From an uncultured Paraprevotella sp. (GTDB taxonomy: Bacteria; Bacteroidota; Bacteroidia; Bacteroidales; Bacteroidaceae): 64,000 bases of DNA. Positions within the stretch are counted from its first letter, which is position 1; every line of letters starts with the position of its first letter. The stretch lies in assembly GCA_944321975.1 (NCBI GenBank), contig CALUNJ010000002.1:1680-65679 (forward strand). Direction: 5' to 3'. Positions 40,490 to 51,011 of this stretch are shown in pieces. The notes under the pieces were generated by a model that saw only the letters and a list, made by a program, of their open reading frames with translations, did no database searches and was not told where the DNA came from. The position numbers were made by a program, and so were the translations under genes.

Positions 40490-41542
40490 ATGGCCAAACG
40501 TTTGTCGGAAAATCTGACGTCCCTCTATCTGGGAGCCGCACAGAAACTGAAATCGAAGACGGCGCGGAAGAAAGTCGTGGCCTATGTGGAAAGCTACGAT
40601 GACATTTTTTTCTGGCGCACTGTTTTGGACGAGTTTGAAAATGAGACGTGCTATTTCGAGGTCATGCTGCCTTCAAGGGACACGTTGGGCAAGGGAAAGA
40701 AACTGGCTTTGACCAACCGGCTGGGCCCGCAATTGGGCAGCTATATGATTGCTTGTGTCGATGCCGATTATGATTACCTTTTGCAGGATTCCACGCCGAC
40801 TTCGCAACTTGTCAACCGGAATCCTTATGTGTTCCACACTTATGTTTACGCCATTGAGAATTACCAATGTTATGCCGGCAGTTTGCATCGGGTTTGCGTG
40901 ATGGCCACGCTCAATGACCGGCAAGTCGTGAATCTGGAGGAATTCATGCGGAGGTATTCCTTGATCATATGGCCCTTGTTCGTGTGGTCGGTGTGGGTGT
41001 ATCGCAGCGACCGTTATCGGGAGTTCACCTTGTCGGAATTCGGGGCGGCTGTTTCGTTTAATGATTTCAATGTCTACCACCCGGAACAGACGCTGGACTA
41101 TGTCCGCCGGAAGGTGAACCGGAAAATGTCGTGGCTGCAGCGGAATTTCCCTGAGGCGCGAAAGGAATATGGCCCCCTGAAGGCGGAACTCCTGCGGTTG
41201 GGCGTGACACCTGAGACCACGTATCTCTATATCCAGGGGCACACGCTATTCGACAATGTGGTGTGCCCGTTGTTGAATCCGGTTTGCGTGATTTTGCGCA
41301 AGGAGCGTGAACGCGAGATCCGGAATTTGGCTGAACATGAGATTCAGCGGCAGAATGAATTGTCGTGTTACCAGCATAGCCAGAACCCTGTGGAAGAGAT
41401 GTTGCGCAAGAACATGGGCTTCAAAGACGCGCCTCCTTACCAGCTCCTTCGCCGTGATTTGGCCCGTTTGGTGGAGAGCGTGGAGCAAGGCGGGAATGGA
41501 GGCAGAGGAGATGAGGCGGGACAGGCGGGGGAAAAGGCGTAG
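40490..41542 (+). CDS. DUF4435 (TOPRIM-like) protein
   Basis: VAYVESYDD..FW, ACVDADYDY, YAIENY, QGH. Confidence 0.85.
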   Translation: MAKRLSENLTSLYLGAAQKLKSKTARKKVVAYVESYDDIFFWRTVLDEFENETCYFEVMLPSRDTLGKGKKLALTNRLGPQLGSYMIACVDADYDYLLQDSTPTSQLVNRNPYVFHTYVYAIENYQCYAGSLHRVCVMATLNDRQVVNLEEFMRRYSLIIWPLFVWSVWVYRSDRYREFTLSEFGAAVSFNDFNVYHPEQTLDYVRRKVNRKMSWLQRNFPEARKEYGPLKAELLRLGVTPETTYLYIQGHTLFDNVVCPLLNPVCVILRKEREREIRNLAEHEIQRQNELSCYQHSQNPVEEMLRKNMGFKDAPPYQLLRRDLARLVESVEQGGNGGRGDEAGQAGEKA

Positions 41543-41563
41543 TTGGAAGACCGGGGAAAATGT

Positions 41564-41605
41564 CCGCCTGCAAAGTTGTCGGGAAAGGCCTTGTCTTGCA
41601 GGCGG
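41564..41605. terminator. Stem-loop between convergent genes
   Basis: CCGCCTGCAA / TTGCAGGCGG. Confidence 0.55.
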
Positions 41606-41663
41606 TGGCTTTAAATTTGTGTATGGATGTCCCTTGGCGGCGAGAGGGCGGGGACTTTTAGGC

Positions 41664-43007
41664 TTAAACGAAATATTTGTCCAGCTTCTTGATGAACAGG
41701 TTTTGGCAGAAGACCACCACGCTGTCGCCTTCCTGGATTTGCGTCATGCCGTTTACGTGCATGCCTTCTCCTTTTCGCACCAGTCCGCCGATGGCCACTC
41801 CGGGAGGCAGGCCAAGGTCTTTCACAGGTTTCTTGGTGACCCGTGCGCCGGGCTTGACCTCGAATTCGGCCACGTCGGCGTCTGCCACGGTGAGGCATTT
41901 CACGTTGCTCACGTCTGCATTCAGCATCATTTGGTAAATATGGCTTGCTGCGATGGTCTTTTTGTTGATGATGGTTCCGATGTCCAGCTTCTCGGCCATG
42001 GACACATAGTCGAGGTTGTCCACCAAAGCCACCGTTTTCCTCACTCCCATCCGTTTAGCGGTGAGGCAGGCCAGGATGTTGCTCTCGCTTTGTCCTGTCA
42101 GGGCTACGAAGGCTTGGGTGTGCTGTATGCCTTCGCTCATGAGCAATGAAGAGTCGCGTGCGTCGCCGTGGATGACCATCACGTCTTTGTCTCCCAAGGC
42201 TTCGTTAAGTTCGTCGCAACGCAGAGGGTCGCTTTCGATGATTTTCACCTCCATATATCCCGGAACGTTTAGCGCCGTGTGCATGGCCGTGCGTCCTCCT
42301 CCCATGATCATCACATTCTTCACGTCCTCATAATGTTCTTTTCCTACGATTTTGCGGATGTATGGAATATATTTTTTTGTAGTCATGAAGTAGGCGATGT
42401 CGTTCAGTTGGAGCGAGGTTTCGCCGTTGGGGATGATGGTGGTTTCGTCCCGCTTGATTGCCACGATGTGGTAGCTGGTATCTGGCCCGCATAAGGTTTT
42501 CAGGGGAATGTTGAGGATTTCTGCTGTTTCTCTCAATTTGATGCCCAGCATGACGAGTGCCCCGTTGTGCACTTCCCACCATTGTCTCACCCAACTGTGC
42601 TTGATGCCTTCGATGATGTCTTTGGCAGCCAGGATTTCGGGAAAGATGAGCGAGTCGATGCCTATGTTCCGAAAGAAATCCTTGTATTCGGCGTTCAGGT
42701 ATTCGGCGTTGTCAATGCGGGCCACGGTCTTTTTGGCGCCGAGGCTGTGTGCCAGCATGCAACTGGTGATGTTTTTCATTTCATCGGGCGTGACTGCGAT
42801 AAACAAGTCTGCGTGTGCGGCTCCTGCGTCTTTCAGTCCACGTATGGAGGTGGGCTTGGTGTTGAGCGTCATGAGATCCACATGGTCGGCCACTTGGGAC
42901 AGCTTGTCTTCGCTTTCGTCCATGAGGGTGATGTCTTGGTTTTCTTTGGCCAGCAATTGGGCCAGATGGGTGCCTACAGCTCCGGCACCGGCTATGATGA
43001 TTTTCAT
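41664..43007 (-). CDS. trkA: Trk potassium uptake NAD-binding subunit
   Basis: IIIAGAGAVG and second RCK motif IMGGGR. Confidence 0.95.
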   Translation of the reverse strand: MKIIIAGAGAVGTHLAQLLAKENQDITLMDESEDKLSQVADHVDLMTLNTKPTSIRGLKDAGAAHADLFIAVTPDEMKNITSCMLAHSLGAKKTVARIDNAEYLNAEYKDFFRNIGIDSLIFPEILAAKDIIEGIKHSWVRQWWEVHNGALVMLGIKLRETAEILNIPLKTLCGPDTSYHIVAIKRDETTIIPNGETSLQLNDIAYFMTTKKYIPYIRKIVGKEHYEDVKNVMIMGGGRTAMHTALNVPGYMEVKIIESDPLRCDELNEALGDKDVMVIHGDARDSSLLMSEGIQHTQAFVALTGQSESNILACLTAKRMGVRKTVALVDNLDYVSMAEKLDIGTIINKKTIAASHIYQMMLNADVSNVKCLTVADADVAEFEVKPGARVTKKPVKDLGLPPGVAIGGLVRKGEGMHVNGMTQIQEGDSVVVFCQNLFIKKLDKYFV

Positions 43008-43016
43008 TTTGTTTGT

Positions 43017-44942
43017 TTACGAATTATTGGAGATGGAACCTAATTGGGCGATGACGCCGTCAGTGTCTATGCCGACGATGTGTCGCAGTTCGGGGATGGA
43101 GCCGTGTTCCACAAACAGGTCCGGCAACCCCATGCGCTTGACCATTGGCGTAAATCCGTGGTCTGCCATATATTCCAGTACGGCTGTCCCAAGCCCCCCC
43201 CTGATTACGCCGTCTTCGAGCGTGACGATTTTTGAGAAACGTGTGCCCACTTCGTGCAGGATGCTTTCATCCAATGGCTTGAGGAATCGCATGTCGTAGT
43301 GGGCCACCGTGAGCGGAAGCCCTTTTTCTGCTTGTTGTTGCTCGAACAAATCAATCGCCCGGGCTGCCAGGTTGCCGATGGGACCCAAGGAGAGCAGTGC
43401 GATGTCTTTGCCGTCTTTCAGCAGCCGTCCTTTACCGATTTCGACAGGTTCGAGCGGGCATTTCCAGTCCTGGTGCTCTCCGCGCCCGCGTGGATAGCGG
43501 ATGACGAAAGGCCCCATGTCCGGTAGCTGGGCCGTGTACATGAGGCGGCGCAGTTCCCGTTCATCGAGCGGCGAAGAAATCGTCAGGTGGGGGATGGGGC
43601 GCAAGGCGGCCAGGTCGAAAGCTCCGTGGTGGGTCGGGCCGTCTTCGCCCACCAAGCCCGCCCGGTCGAGGCAGAATATGACGTGGAGGCGTTCAATGGC
43701 GATGTCATGTATGATGTTGTCATATGCCCGCTGGGCGAATGAGGAATAGATGTTGCAGAAAGGCACGAGGCCGTCCTGGGCCATGCCTCCTGAGAACGTC
43801 ACGGCATGGCCTTCGGCGATTCCTACGTCAAAGGCGCGGTCGGGCATGGCTTTCATCAGAATGTTCATGGAACAGCCTGAGGGCATGGCTGGCGTGACGC
43901 CGACGATCCGTGGATTCTTTTGGGCCAGTTCGAGCAGGGTTTCCCCGAACACGTCTTGGTAGCGTGGCGGGAGGTTGCTTGTGTCCACTTCTATGCGTTC
44001 GCCCGTTTCCTTGTCGAATTTTCCAGGCGCATGCCACACGTCCGCCGCTTTTTCGGCGGGTTTGAATCCTTTGCCTTTGATGGTGTGGATGTGGAACAGC
44101 TTTGGGCCTTTCATTTCTTTCAGCGTGCGCAGGGTGTGCACCAGTTCGATGACATTGTGCCCGTCGCTGGGGCCGAAGTAGCGGATGTTCATGCCTTCGA
44201 ACACGTTCTGCTGTTTGCTGATGAGCGATTTCAGCGAATTGTTGAAGCGGATGAGGCTTTTTCGGCGTTCGTCGTCGAGCCATCCCCAGTTGAACAGTTT
44301 TTGCGAGGCTGCAAACCGCAGGCGGTTGTAGAAGTCGCTCGTGTGGAGCTGGTGGAAGTAATGTGCCATCCCTCCCACGCTCCGGTCTATGCTCATGTTG
44401 TTGTCGTTCAGGATGATGAGGATGTCGTTCGGAGTCGAAGAGGCATTGTTCAGTCCTTCGAATGCCAGCCCGCCGCTCATGGAGCCATCGCCGATGACCG
44501 CCACGATGTGGCGGTCCTTTTCGCCTTTGTTGGCCGAGGCTACGGCCATGCCCAATGCCGCGGAGATGGAATTGGAGGCATGCCCGCAAGTGAAAGTGTC
44601 GTATTCGCTTTCTGAGGGCGAGGGGAAGGGTCTCAGTCCGTGCAGTTTCCTGTTGGTGGAAAAGCGTTCCCGCCGTCCCGTCAGGATCTTGTGCCCGTAG
44701 GCTTGGTGTCCTACGTCCCACACGATGCGGTCATAAGGGGTATGATACACATAATGGAGGGCCACGGTCAGTTCCACCACGCCGAGACTGGAGGCGAAGT
44801 GGCCGGGGTTGTCGGCCAGTTCGTCTATGATGTCTTGCCGCAATTCCTTGCAGACTTGCGGAAGTTGCTCGACGGGTAAACGCCGCAAGTCTTCGGGGGA
44901 ATTGATTTGAGATAAAAGACGATATGTATTTTTGTCGTTCAT
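43017..44942 (-). CDS. dxs: 1-deoxy-D-xylulose-5-phosphate synthase
   Basis: [49 protein letters not shown]. Confidence 0.97.
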   Translation of the reverse strand: MNDKNTYRLLSQINSPEDLRRLPVEQLPQVCKELRQDIIDELADNPGHFASSLGVVELTVALHYVYHTPYDRIVWDVGHQAYGHKILTGRRERFSTNRKLHGLRPFPSPSESEYDTFTCGHASNSISAALGMAVASANKGEKDRHIVAVIGDGSMSGGLAFEGLNNASSTPNDILIILNDNNMSIDRSVGGMAHYFHQLHTSDFYNRLRFAASQKLFNWGWLDDERRKSLIRFNNSLKSLISKQQNVFEGMNIRYFGPSDGHNVIELVHTLRTLKEMKGPKLFHIHTIKGKGFKPAEKAADVWHAPGKFDKETGERIEVDTSNLPPRYQDVFGETLLELAQKNPRIVGVTPAMPSGCSMNILMKAMPDRAFDVGIAEGHAVTFSGGMAQDGLVPFCNIYSSFAQRAYDNIIHDIAIERLHVIFCLDRAGLVGEDGPTHHGAFDLAALRPIPHLTISSPLDERELRRLMYTAQLPDMGPFVIRYPRGRGEHQDWKCPLEPVEIGKGRLLKDGKDIALLSLGPIGNLAARAIDLFEQQQAEKGLPLTVAHYDMRFLKPLDESILHEVGTRFSKIVTLEDGVIRGGLGTAVLEYMADHGFTPMVKRMGLPDLFVEHGSIPELRHIVGIDTDGVIAQLGSISNNS

Positions 44943-45025
44943 CAGCCTGATTTAGTTCATGCAAATTTAGCATAATTTCGTATATCTTGCGTACTTTTGC
45001 AAGAAAAAATGCCATTTTGCAATAT

Positions 45026-46027
45026 ATGGGCAAGGATATGAAGTTTCGTACGACGGTAGAATGCGGCATGCCGGGGCTGGCCATCAGCCCTGGCCACCAG
45101 GTCACTCTTTTGGGGTCTTGTTTTGCCGACCATGTGGGGCGGCGGATGTCCGCTTCCGGTTTGGATGTGCATGTCAATCCCTTCGGGGTGCTGTATAACC
45201 CTTTGAGTATTTCCACGATGTGTATGTCGCTGACGCTCGAAGGCGAGTTTCCCGACGATTGTTTTTTCGAATCCGGAGGGATGTGGCACAGTTGGTTGAA
45301 CGACAGCTCGTTTTCGGCTACGGGCCGTGAAGCCTGCCGGGCGCGGCTGGAGGCGGCGCGCAGGGCGGAGAAGGCGCGTTTGCAGACGTTGGATTTCTTG
45401 TTTCTCACTTTGGGCACGAACCGTTACTACGCCTTGAAAGAGGGAGGCAGGGCGGTCGGCAACTGCCACAAGCAACCCGACTGCTTGTTTGTTGAGCGGC
45501 AAATGGATGTGGACGAAGCCATGGCCGCTTTGGGCCGCGCGCTGGAAGCCTTGTGGGGTGTGAATCCCGCTTTGCAGGTTGTGTTCACCGTCAGCCCTTA
45601 CCGATATGCCAAGTATGGTTTCCATGGAAGCCAGTTGGGCAAGGCGGTGCTGCTTTTGGCAGTCGAGGGGTTGTGCCGTCGTTTTTCCGGGCGTTGCCAT
45701 TATTTTCCTGCCTATGAGATCGTGTTGGATGAGTTGCGCGACTATCGCTTTTATGCCGATGACATGCTCCATCCCTCCGATTTGGCGGTGGCCTACGTGT
45801 GGGAGCGGTTTTCCGACTCCTGTCTTGCGCCGGAGACACGGGCTTTTATGTCCGAGTGGAAAGCGGTGGGGAAGGCTTTGGCCCATCGGCCGCTTCATCC
45901 CGAATCTGAGGCTTACCGGAACTTCCTGCGTCAAACTATGTTAAAGTTGCAGCGACTTACTGAAAAATATCCGAAATTAGCATCCACTCCTGAGTATGAA
46001 AGGCTGGAAAGCCTCTTAAAAGATTGA
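45026..46027 (+). CDS. GSCFA domain protein
   Basis: LGSCFA, NPFG.LYNP, TLGT, NCHK, TVSP, YFPAYE...DELRDYRFY. Confidence 0.92.
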   Translation: MGKDMKFRTTVECGMPGLAISPGHQVTLLGSCFADHVGRRMSASGLDVHVNPFGVLYNPLSISTMCMSLTLEGEFPDDCFFESGGMWHSWLNDSSFSATGREACRARLEAARRAEKARLQTLDFLFLTLGTNRYYALKEGGRAVGNCHKQPDCLFVERQMDVDEAMAALGRALEALWGVNPALQVVFTVSPYRYAKYGFHGSQLGKAVLLLAVEGLCRRFSGRCHYFPAYEIVLDELRDYRFYADDMLHPSDLAVAYVWERFSDSCLAPETRAFMSEWKAVGKALAHRPLHPESEAYRNFLRQTMLKLQRLTEKYPKLASTPEYERLESLLKD

Positions 46028-46033
46028 GAAATT

Positions 46034-48505
46034 ATGGCTTATACATTAGAGCAAGTGGCTTCGTTCGTCGGAGCACATCTTTGGGGCCGGGAAGAAACGG
46101 AGGTCAGCTGGTTGCTGACGGACAGCCGTTCCTTGTGTTTTCCGGAAGACACCTTGTTTTTTGCTTTGGAAACGCGGCGCAACGACGGGCATCGTTATGT
46201 GCCCGAATTGTACCGGCGCGGGGTGCGTTCGTTCGTGGTCGGCCGTTTGCCGAAAGACCTGCCTGCTTATCCTGGCGCAAATTTCTTGCAGGTCGTCAGT
46301 CCGCTCAAGGCGTTGCAGCGCCTGGCCGAACGCCATCGCGAGGCTTTCGGGGTTCCTGTGGTGGGCATTACGGGCAGCAACGGGAAGACGGTGGTGAAGG
46401 AATGGCTCTATCAGCTGCTTTCGCCGGACAGGGTGGTCACCCGTTCCCCGCGGAGCTATAATTCGCAGATCGGAGTGCCTCTTTCCGTGTGGGGGATGAA
46501 CGAGCAGACCGATGTGGCACTGTTCGAGGCCGGCATTTCGATGCCGGGCGAGATGGAAGCCTTGCAGCCCATCGTGCAGCCCACGGTGGGCGTGTTCACG
46601 AACCTGGGCGGGGCGCATCAGGAAAACTTCACTTCGGCAGAGCAAAAATGTCTGGAGAAGCTGAAATTGTTCAAAGACGCGCGGGTGCTGGTCTATGGCA
46701 TTGACGATCCTTGCGTGGCCGGCTGCGTCAATATCTCGGCCTTCAAGGGGGAATACATGGCTTGGTCCATGCAGCGGAGAGATGTCCCGGTGGCTGTGAC
46801 CGGGGTGGAAAAGGACGGAGGCATGACACGTGTCTCCTATGTTTATAAGGGCGTGTCGCACACCTATGCCATTCCCTTCATCGACGATGCCTCGTTGGCC
46901 AATTCCGTGTCGTGCTTGTGTGTCTGCCTGCAACTCGGGCTGGAGCCGGATGTGATTGCCGTGCGGATGGCCCGCCTGGAGCCGGTGGCCATGCGGCTGG
47001 AAGTGAAAGAAGGGCGGGCGGGCTGCACGCTCATCAACGACAGTTACAATTCCGATTTCAATTCGCTCGACATCGCGCTCGATTTCATGAACCGCCGCCC
47101 GGAACATGCCGGACGGAAACGCACGCTCATCCTGAGCGACATCGCACAGACGGGCGAGGAACCTTCGGTTTTCTACGGTAAGGTGGCGCGGCTGGTGGCT
47201 TCGCGCGGCGTGGAAAAGTTTATCGGGGTGGGCCCGTGCCTGCTGGCGGAAAAGGATGCCTTCGCGGGCATGGAGGCTTATTTCTTCAATACGACGGAGG
47301 ATTTGTTGGCCGGTTCCTTGCCCGAAAGCCTGCGCGACGAGGTGGTGCTCGTCAAAGGGGCGCGGGACTACCGGTTCGACCAACTGACCGAGCTGCTGGC
47401 TTTGAAGGTGCATGAGACGACGTTGGAGGTCAACCTGAATGCAGTGGTGGACAATCTGAACTATTATCGCAGTTTCATGAAGCCCGAGACCAAAATGGCC
47501 TGCATGGTGAAGGCTTCGGCCTATGGGGCCGGTGCGGTGGAAATCGCCAAAACGTTGCAGGACCAGCGGGTGGATTACCTGGCCGTGGCCGTGGCCGACG
47601 AAGGCGTGGACTTGCGCCGGGCGGGCATTACGGCCAATATCATGATCATGAATCCGGAGATGGGAAGCTTCAAGACGCTTTTCGAATACGACCTGGAACC
47701 CGAAGTGTATAGTTTCCGCTTGCTGGACGCTTTGGTGCATGCGGCCGAGAAGGAAGGCATCACGTATTTCCCCATCCATGTGAAGCTGGACACGGGCATG
47801 CACCGCCTGGGGTTTGACCCGCTGAAGGATATGCCTGCGCTCGTGGAACGGCTGAAACGGCAGACCGCCGTGATTCCCCGTTCGGTGTTCTCCCATTTTG
47901 TGGGGAGCGACAGTGATGATTTCGATGCCTTCTCCGCCCGGCAGTATGCCTTGTTCCTGGAAGGGAGCGCACAGTTGCAACAGGCCTTCCGCCACAAAAT
48001 CCTGCGCCACATCTGCAACAGCGCGGGGATAGAGCATTTTCCCGGGCGCCATTTGGACATGGTGAGGCTGGGCTTGGGGCTGTATGGCATCAATTCGCGC
48101 AACAATGCCGTCCTGCACAATATCAGTACGCTGAAGACCACGATCCTGCAAATCCACGAGGTGCCCAAGGAAGACACCGTGGGTTATAGCCGCAAGGGGC
48201 GTTTGACCCGTGACAGCCGCATCGCGGCCTTGCCCATCGGGTATGCCGACGGATTGGACCGCAAGTTGGGGTGCGGCCGGGCTTATTGCCTGGTGAACGG
48301 GCAGCGTGCGCCCTACGTGGGCAACATCTGCATGGACGTGTGCATGATCGACGTGACAGACATTGACTGCAAGGAAGGCGACACGGCGGTCATCTTTGGC
48401 GACGACTTGCCGGTGACGGTGTTGAGCGATGCCGTGGGCACGATTCCTTACGAGATCCTCACGGGGGTCAGTTCGCGGGTGAAGCGGGTCTATTACCAAG
48501 GGTAG
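46034..48505 (+). CDS. alr: Bifunctional MurF / alanine racemase
   Basis: TGSNGKT, INDSYN (MurF); MVKASAYG, KLDTGMHRLG, GYADG, ICMD (Alr). Confidence 0.95.
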   Translation: MAYTLEQVASFVGAHLWGREETEVSWLLTDSRSLCFPEDTLFFALETRRNDGHRYVPELYRRGVRSFVVGRLPKDLPAYPGANFLQVVSPLKALQRLAERHREAFGVPVVGITGSNGKTVVKEWLYQLLSPDRVVTRSPRSYNSQIGVPLSVWGMNEQTDVALFEAGISMPGEMEALQPIVQPTVGVFTNLGGAHQENFTSAEQKCLEKLKLFKDARVLVYGIDDPCVAGCVNISAFKGEYMAWSMQRRDVPVAVTGVEKDGGMTRVSYVYKGVSHTYAIPFIDDASLANSVSCLCVCLQLGLEPDVIAVRMARLEPVAMRLEVKEGRAGCTLINDSYNSDFNSLDIALDFMNRRPEHAGRKRTLILSDIAQTGEEPSVFYGKVARLVASRGVEKFIGVGPCLLAEKDAFAGMEAYFFNTTEDLLAGSLPESLRDEVVLVKGARDYRFDQLTELLALKVHETTLEVNLNAVVDNLNYYRSFMKPETKMACMVKASAYGAGAVEIAKTLQDQRVDYLAVAVADEGVDLRRAGITANIMIMNPEMGSFKTLFEYDLEPEVYSFRLLDALVHAAEKEGITYFPIHVKLDTGMHRLGFDPLKDMPALVERLKRQTAVIPRSVFSHFVGSDSDDFDAFSARQYALFLEGSAQLQQAFRHKILRHICNSAGIEHFPGRHLDMVRLGLGLYGINSRNNAVLHNISTLKTTILQIHEVPKEDTVGYSRKGRLTRDSRIAALPIGYADGLDRKLGCGRAYCLVNGQRAPYVGNICMDVCMIDVTDIDCKEGDTAVIFGDDLPVTVLSDAVGTIPYEILTGVSSRVKRVYYQG

Positions 48506-48734
48506 CCCCATCGTCCGGAGGGGCTGCGCGGGTCCGGAAGTGTCTTTTCCCGGATTCCGTTTGCGGCGCCATGCGAAACGTCGGGATGTGCGGTTCCCCG
48601 GCCGGGTTCCCGTTTCGTTCCTTTCGGGGCGGATAAAGAAGTTTCTTGTATGGATTTTTTGCGTGTCCGTGACGGTGTTCCCAAGGCTGTTTCCTGCCGG
48701 GGCGGGGAGAAGGGCAGGGAATGCGCCAGGAGGC

Positions 48735-48830
48735 TTCAAGAAGGGCGGGAATTTTTCTCAAGAGAAAAACAAACGGATCTCAAGCGTAAAAAATGTGAAT
48801 CGCTTGAGAAGAAAGAAGAGCCGTTTTGAC
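48735..48830. repeat. 22-bp-period box element, copy 4
   Basis: Boxes at 48735, 48757, 48779, 48801 and a degenerate one at 48823; spacer TAAAAAATGTGAAT. Confidence 0.8.
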
Positions 48831-48884
48831 CGCATGTCTTGATGAGAAAGCGGGCATGCGGGTTTCGTCGGGCCGATGGGACGG

Positions 48885-48931
48885 AACGAGCCTCCCCGGT
48901 GTGGCATTCTTGCCGTCCGGGGAGGCTCGTT
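48885..48931. terminator. Stem-loop downstream of GH97
   Basis: AACGAGCCTCCCCGG / CCGGGGAGGCTCGTT, 15-bp inverted repeat. Confidence 0.7.
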
Positions 48932-49007
48932 ATATTGATTTTTCGTGTGCCGGCTTCTGTTCCGCCCGCCGGTTCTTTGTGGGGGAATCTTGCTTTTTCC
49001 TTGTGGA

Positions 49008-50996
49008 TTATCGGGCTGTGCCTTTCAACACTGCGCCGCCGTCGGGAGCCAGTTCCATCTTGAACCGTCCGTTTTTCCCGACCTTGGCTTCGTCCAGGCT
49101 GGGCGTGCGGCCGTCTTTCCCGTCATGGTAATAGGCCACTTCCTTTCCGGCCAGCATCGGCAGCTCCACTTCCAGCTTGAGCGTTTCCTTGCCCGCGTTC
49201 ATGGCGGCCACGTACCAATCCGTGCCGTGGCGGCGTGCCACGACGACGTAGCGGCCCGGATAGCCGTCGATGAACTGCACCTCGTCCCATTCCGTGGGCA
49301 CGGCCTTCATGAAGTCTATCTCGAAGGCGGGTTGTTCCGTCAGGTTGTTGGGCGTGAGGGCAAAGTTCTGCACGGGGTTCTGGAAGGCCACGGCCGTGGC
49401 CAGTTCGAAGATGTCGGTCGTGCGGCGTGTCGTGCCGCCGTCGTTGCCGCGGTTGAGCCGCCGGTTGAGCACCGTGCCGCCAAATTCCATGCAACCCACG
49501 GTGTTGCGGATGAAGGGATGCAGGCAGGCGTTGAAGGCTTCGTCGTCGCAGAAGTTTTGCCCGAACACGAGGTTTTCGGAGGCCAGCACGGCTTCGCTGC
49601 CCACATAGTTGGGGTACATGCGTTCCCAGCCGCGCGGCAGTGTGCATCCGTGGAAGATGACCATCAGCCCGTGGTCGTCCGCGTCGCTCAGGATGGCTTC
49701 GTAGAGGCGCATCGTCTCCTGCTTGTCGCCGCCGAAGAAGTCAATCTTCACGCCCCTCACGCCCTGCTGCTGCAACCAGCGCATCTCCCGTTTCCGGGCG
49801 ATGGGGTCGCACATGATGTTGATGGGGCCTTGCTCGATGTCGTTCCAATAACCGCTCGAACTGTACCACAAGAACAGCTCCACGTTCTTGCTGCGGGCGT
49901 AGCGGATGAGTTCTTCCATGTGCCCGCGGCCGATGTTCGTGTCCCACCAGTTGTCCACCAAGGTGTATTCGTAGCCCATCGCGGAGGCCAGGTCGATGAA
50001 GCGCACCTGGTCGTCGTAGTTGATGCTGGCGTCCTGCCACAGGATCCAGCTCCACGTGCCGCGTCCGCCTTTGTATGAGTGTGTCGTTTCGAAGCGTGGT
50101 TCCACCACGTCCCACGGAATGGTGGTCTCTACCACCGGTTCCAGCGTCCGTCCCAGCGTCAGCGTGCGCCAAGGCGTGTGCCCCGGCAACCCGAAGGCCG
50201 GCTCGACCGTGCCGTTGCCGTTGTTCTCTTCCGGCATGGGGAAGGCGATGGTGTAAAGCCCGTCCTTCGCGTCGCTCAGGTGCGAGGCGCAGTAGCGGCT
50301 GTCCACTCCCGTCTCGCTCACCAGCACCCAGCCGTCGCCGCCCACGCGGAACAGTCCGGGGAAGGTGTAGCCGTGGCCGTATTGCGACCGCTCGCCCATC
50401 GGCGCGTCGGCCTTGTAGTGTTCCTCGTAGCTGGGTTTTGTGCGTTTCCAGCCGATCATGGCGTCGCTTTGCGGCGTGAGGAACGTGGTGGTGCGCTCAG
50501 GGAAGCGGAATCCCGTGGCCTCGGCCATCACGCGCACGCTGCCCGTCTCGCCCGCCTTGGGAAGAAAGTAGCGGAAAGCGATGTTTTCGTCCTCCACCAC
50601 GAATTCCACTTCCATTTCCTGTTTTTGCGCGTTAGCGAGGCGTACGGTGAATTCGTTGGCTTTTTTGTCTACCCGGCTGGCCTTGCTCCGGCTCAGGTCG
50701 TAGCGGATGTCGCGCGCGCCGGTGCGGTCGGCCACCCAGGTCAAGCCTTGGCTGAAGTCGCCGAAGTTGGCTACCAGCCCGAGTGGGGATTCTTCCACAA
50801 GGGTCATTTCTTGGTTCTTCCCGTCCTTTTCAGCCTGGTAGTAGCCCGCCGCATAATAGGCGCGGCCGTCTTTCAGGCCCACCTTCAGGAAGGTCTGTCC
50901 GTCGGGGCTGGTCACGGTCTTCTCCGTGGCCTGCCCCGATGCGGAAAATGGCACTATTGCGGCCATCGCGAGAGCCGCCCAAAAGTTTTTCTTCAT
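49008..50996 (-). CDS. Glycoside hydrolase family 97
   Basis: SPDG N-terminus, TPWR, WSW, GVKIDFF, FHGCT.PRGWERMYPN. Confidence 0.92.
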   Translation of the reverse strand: MKKNFWAALAMAAIVPFSASGQATEKTVTSPDGQTFLKVGLKDGRAYYAAGYYQAEKDGKNQEMTLVEESPLGLVANFGDFSQGLTWVADRTGARDIRYDLSRSKASRVDKKANEFTVRLANAQKQEMEVEFVVEDENIAFRYFLPKAGETGSVRVMAEATGFRFPERTTTFLTPQSDAMIGWKRTKPSYEEHYKADAPMGERSQYGHGYTFPGLFRVGGDGWVLVSETGVDSRYCASHLSDAKDGLYTIAFPMPEENNGNGTVEPAFGLPGHTPWRTLTLGRTLEPVVETTIPWDVVEPRFETTHSYKGGRGTWSWILWQDASINYDDQVRFIDLASAMGYEYTLVDNWWDTNIGRGHMEELIRYARSKNVELFLWYSSSGYWNDIEQGPINIMCDPIARKREMRWLQQQGVRGVKIDFFGGDKQETMRLYEAILSDADDHGLMVIFHGCTLPRGWERMYPNYVGSEAVLASENLVFGQNFCDDEAFNACLHPFIRNTVGCMEFGGTVLNRRLNRGNDGGTTRRTTDIFELATAVAFQNPVQNFALTPNNLTEQPAFEIDFMKAVPTEWDEVQFIDGYPGRYVVVARRHGTDWYVAAMNAGKETLKLEVELPMLAGKEVAYYHDGKDGRTPSLDEAKVGKNGRFKMELAPDGGAVLKGTAR

Positions 50997-51011
50997 ATTT
51001 TTTTTAGTTTA

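Noticed and set aside
46034-48505. MurF-Alr fusion as a novelty
   Set aside because: Well-known, common fusion in Bacteroidota
46046-48739. 897-aa ORF antisense to murF-alr (likewise 24074-26149, 26519-28264, 31924-33723, 36521-38290, 55459-56967)
   Set aside because: Antisense shadows of well-supported genes in high-GC DNA
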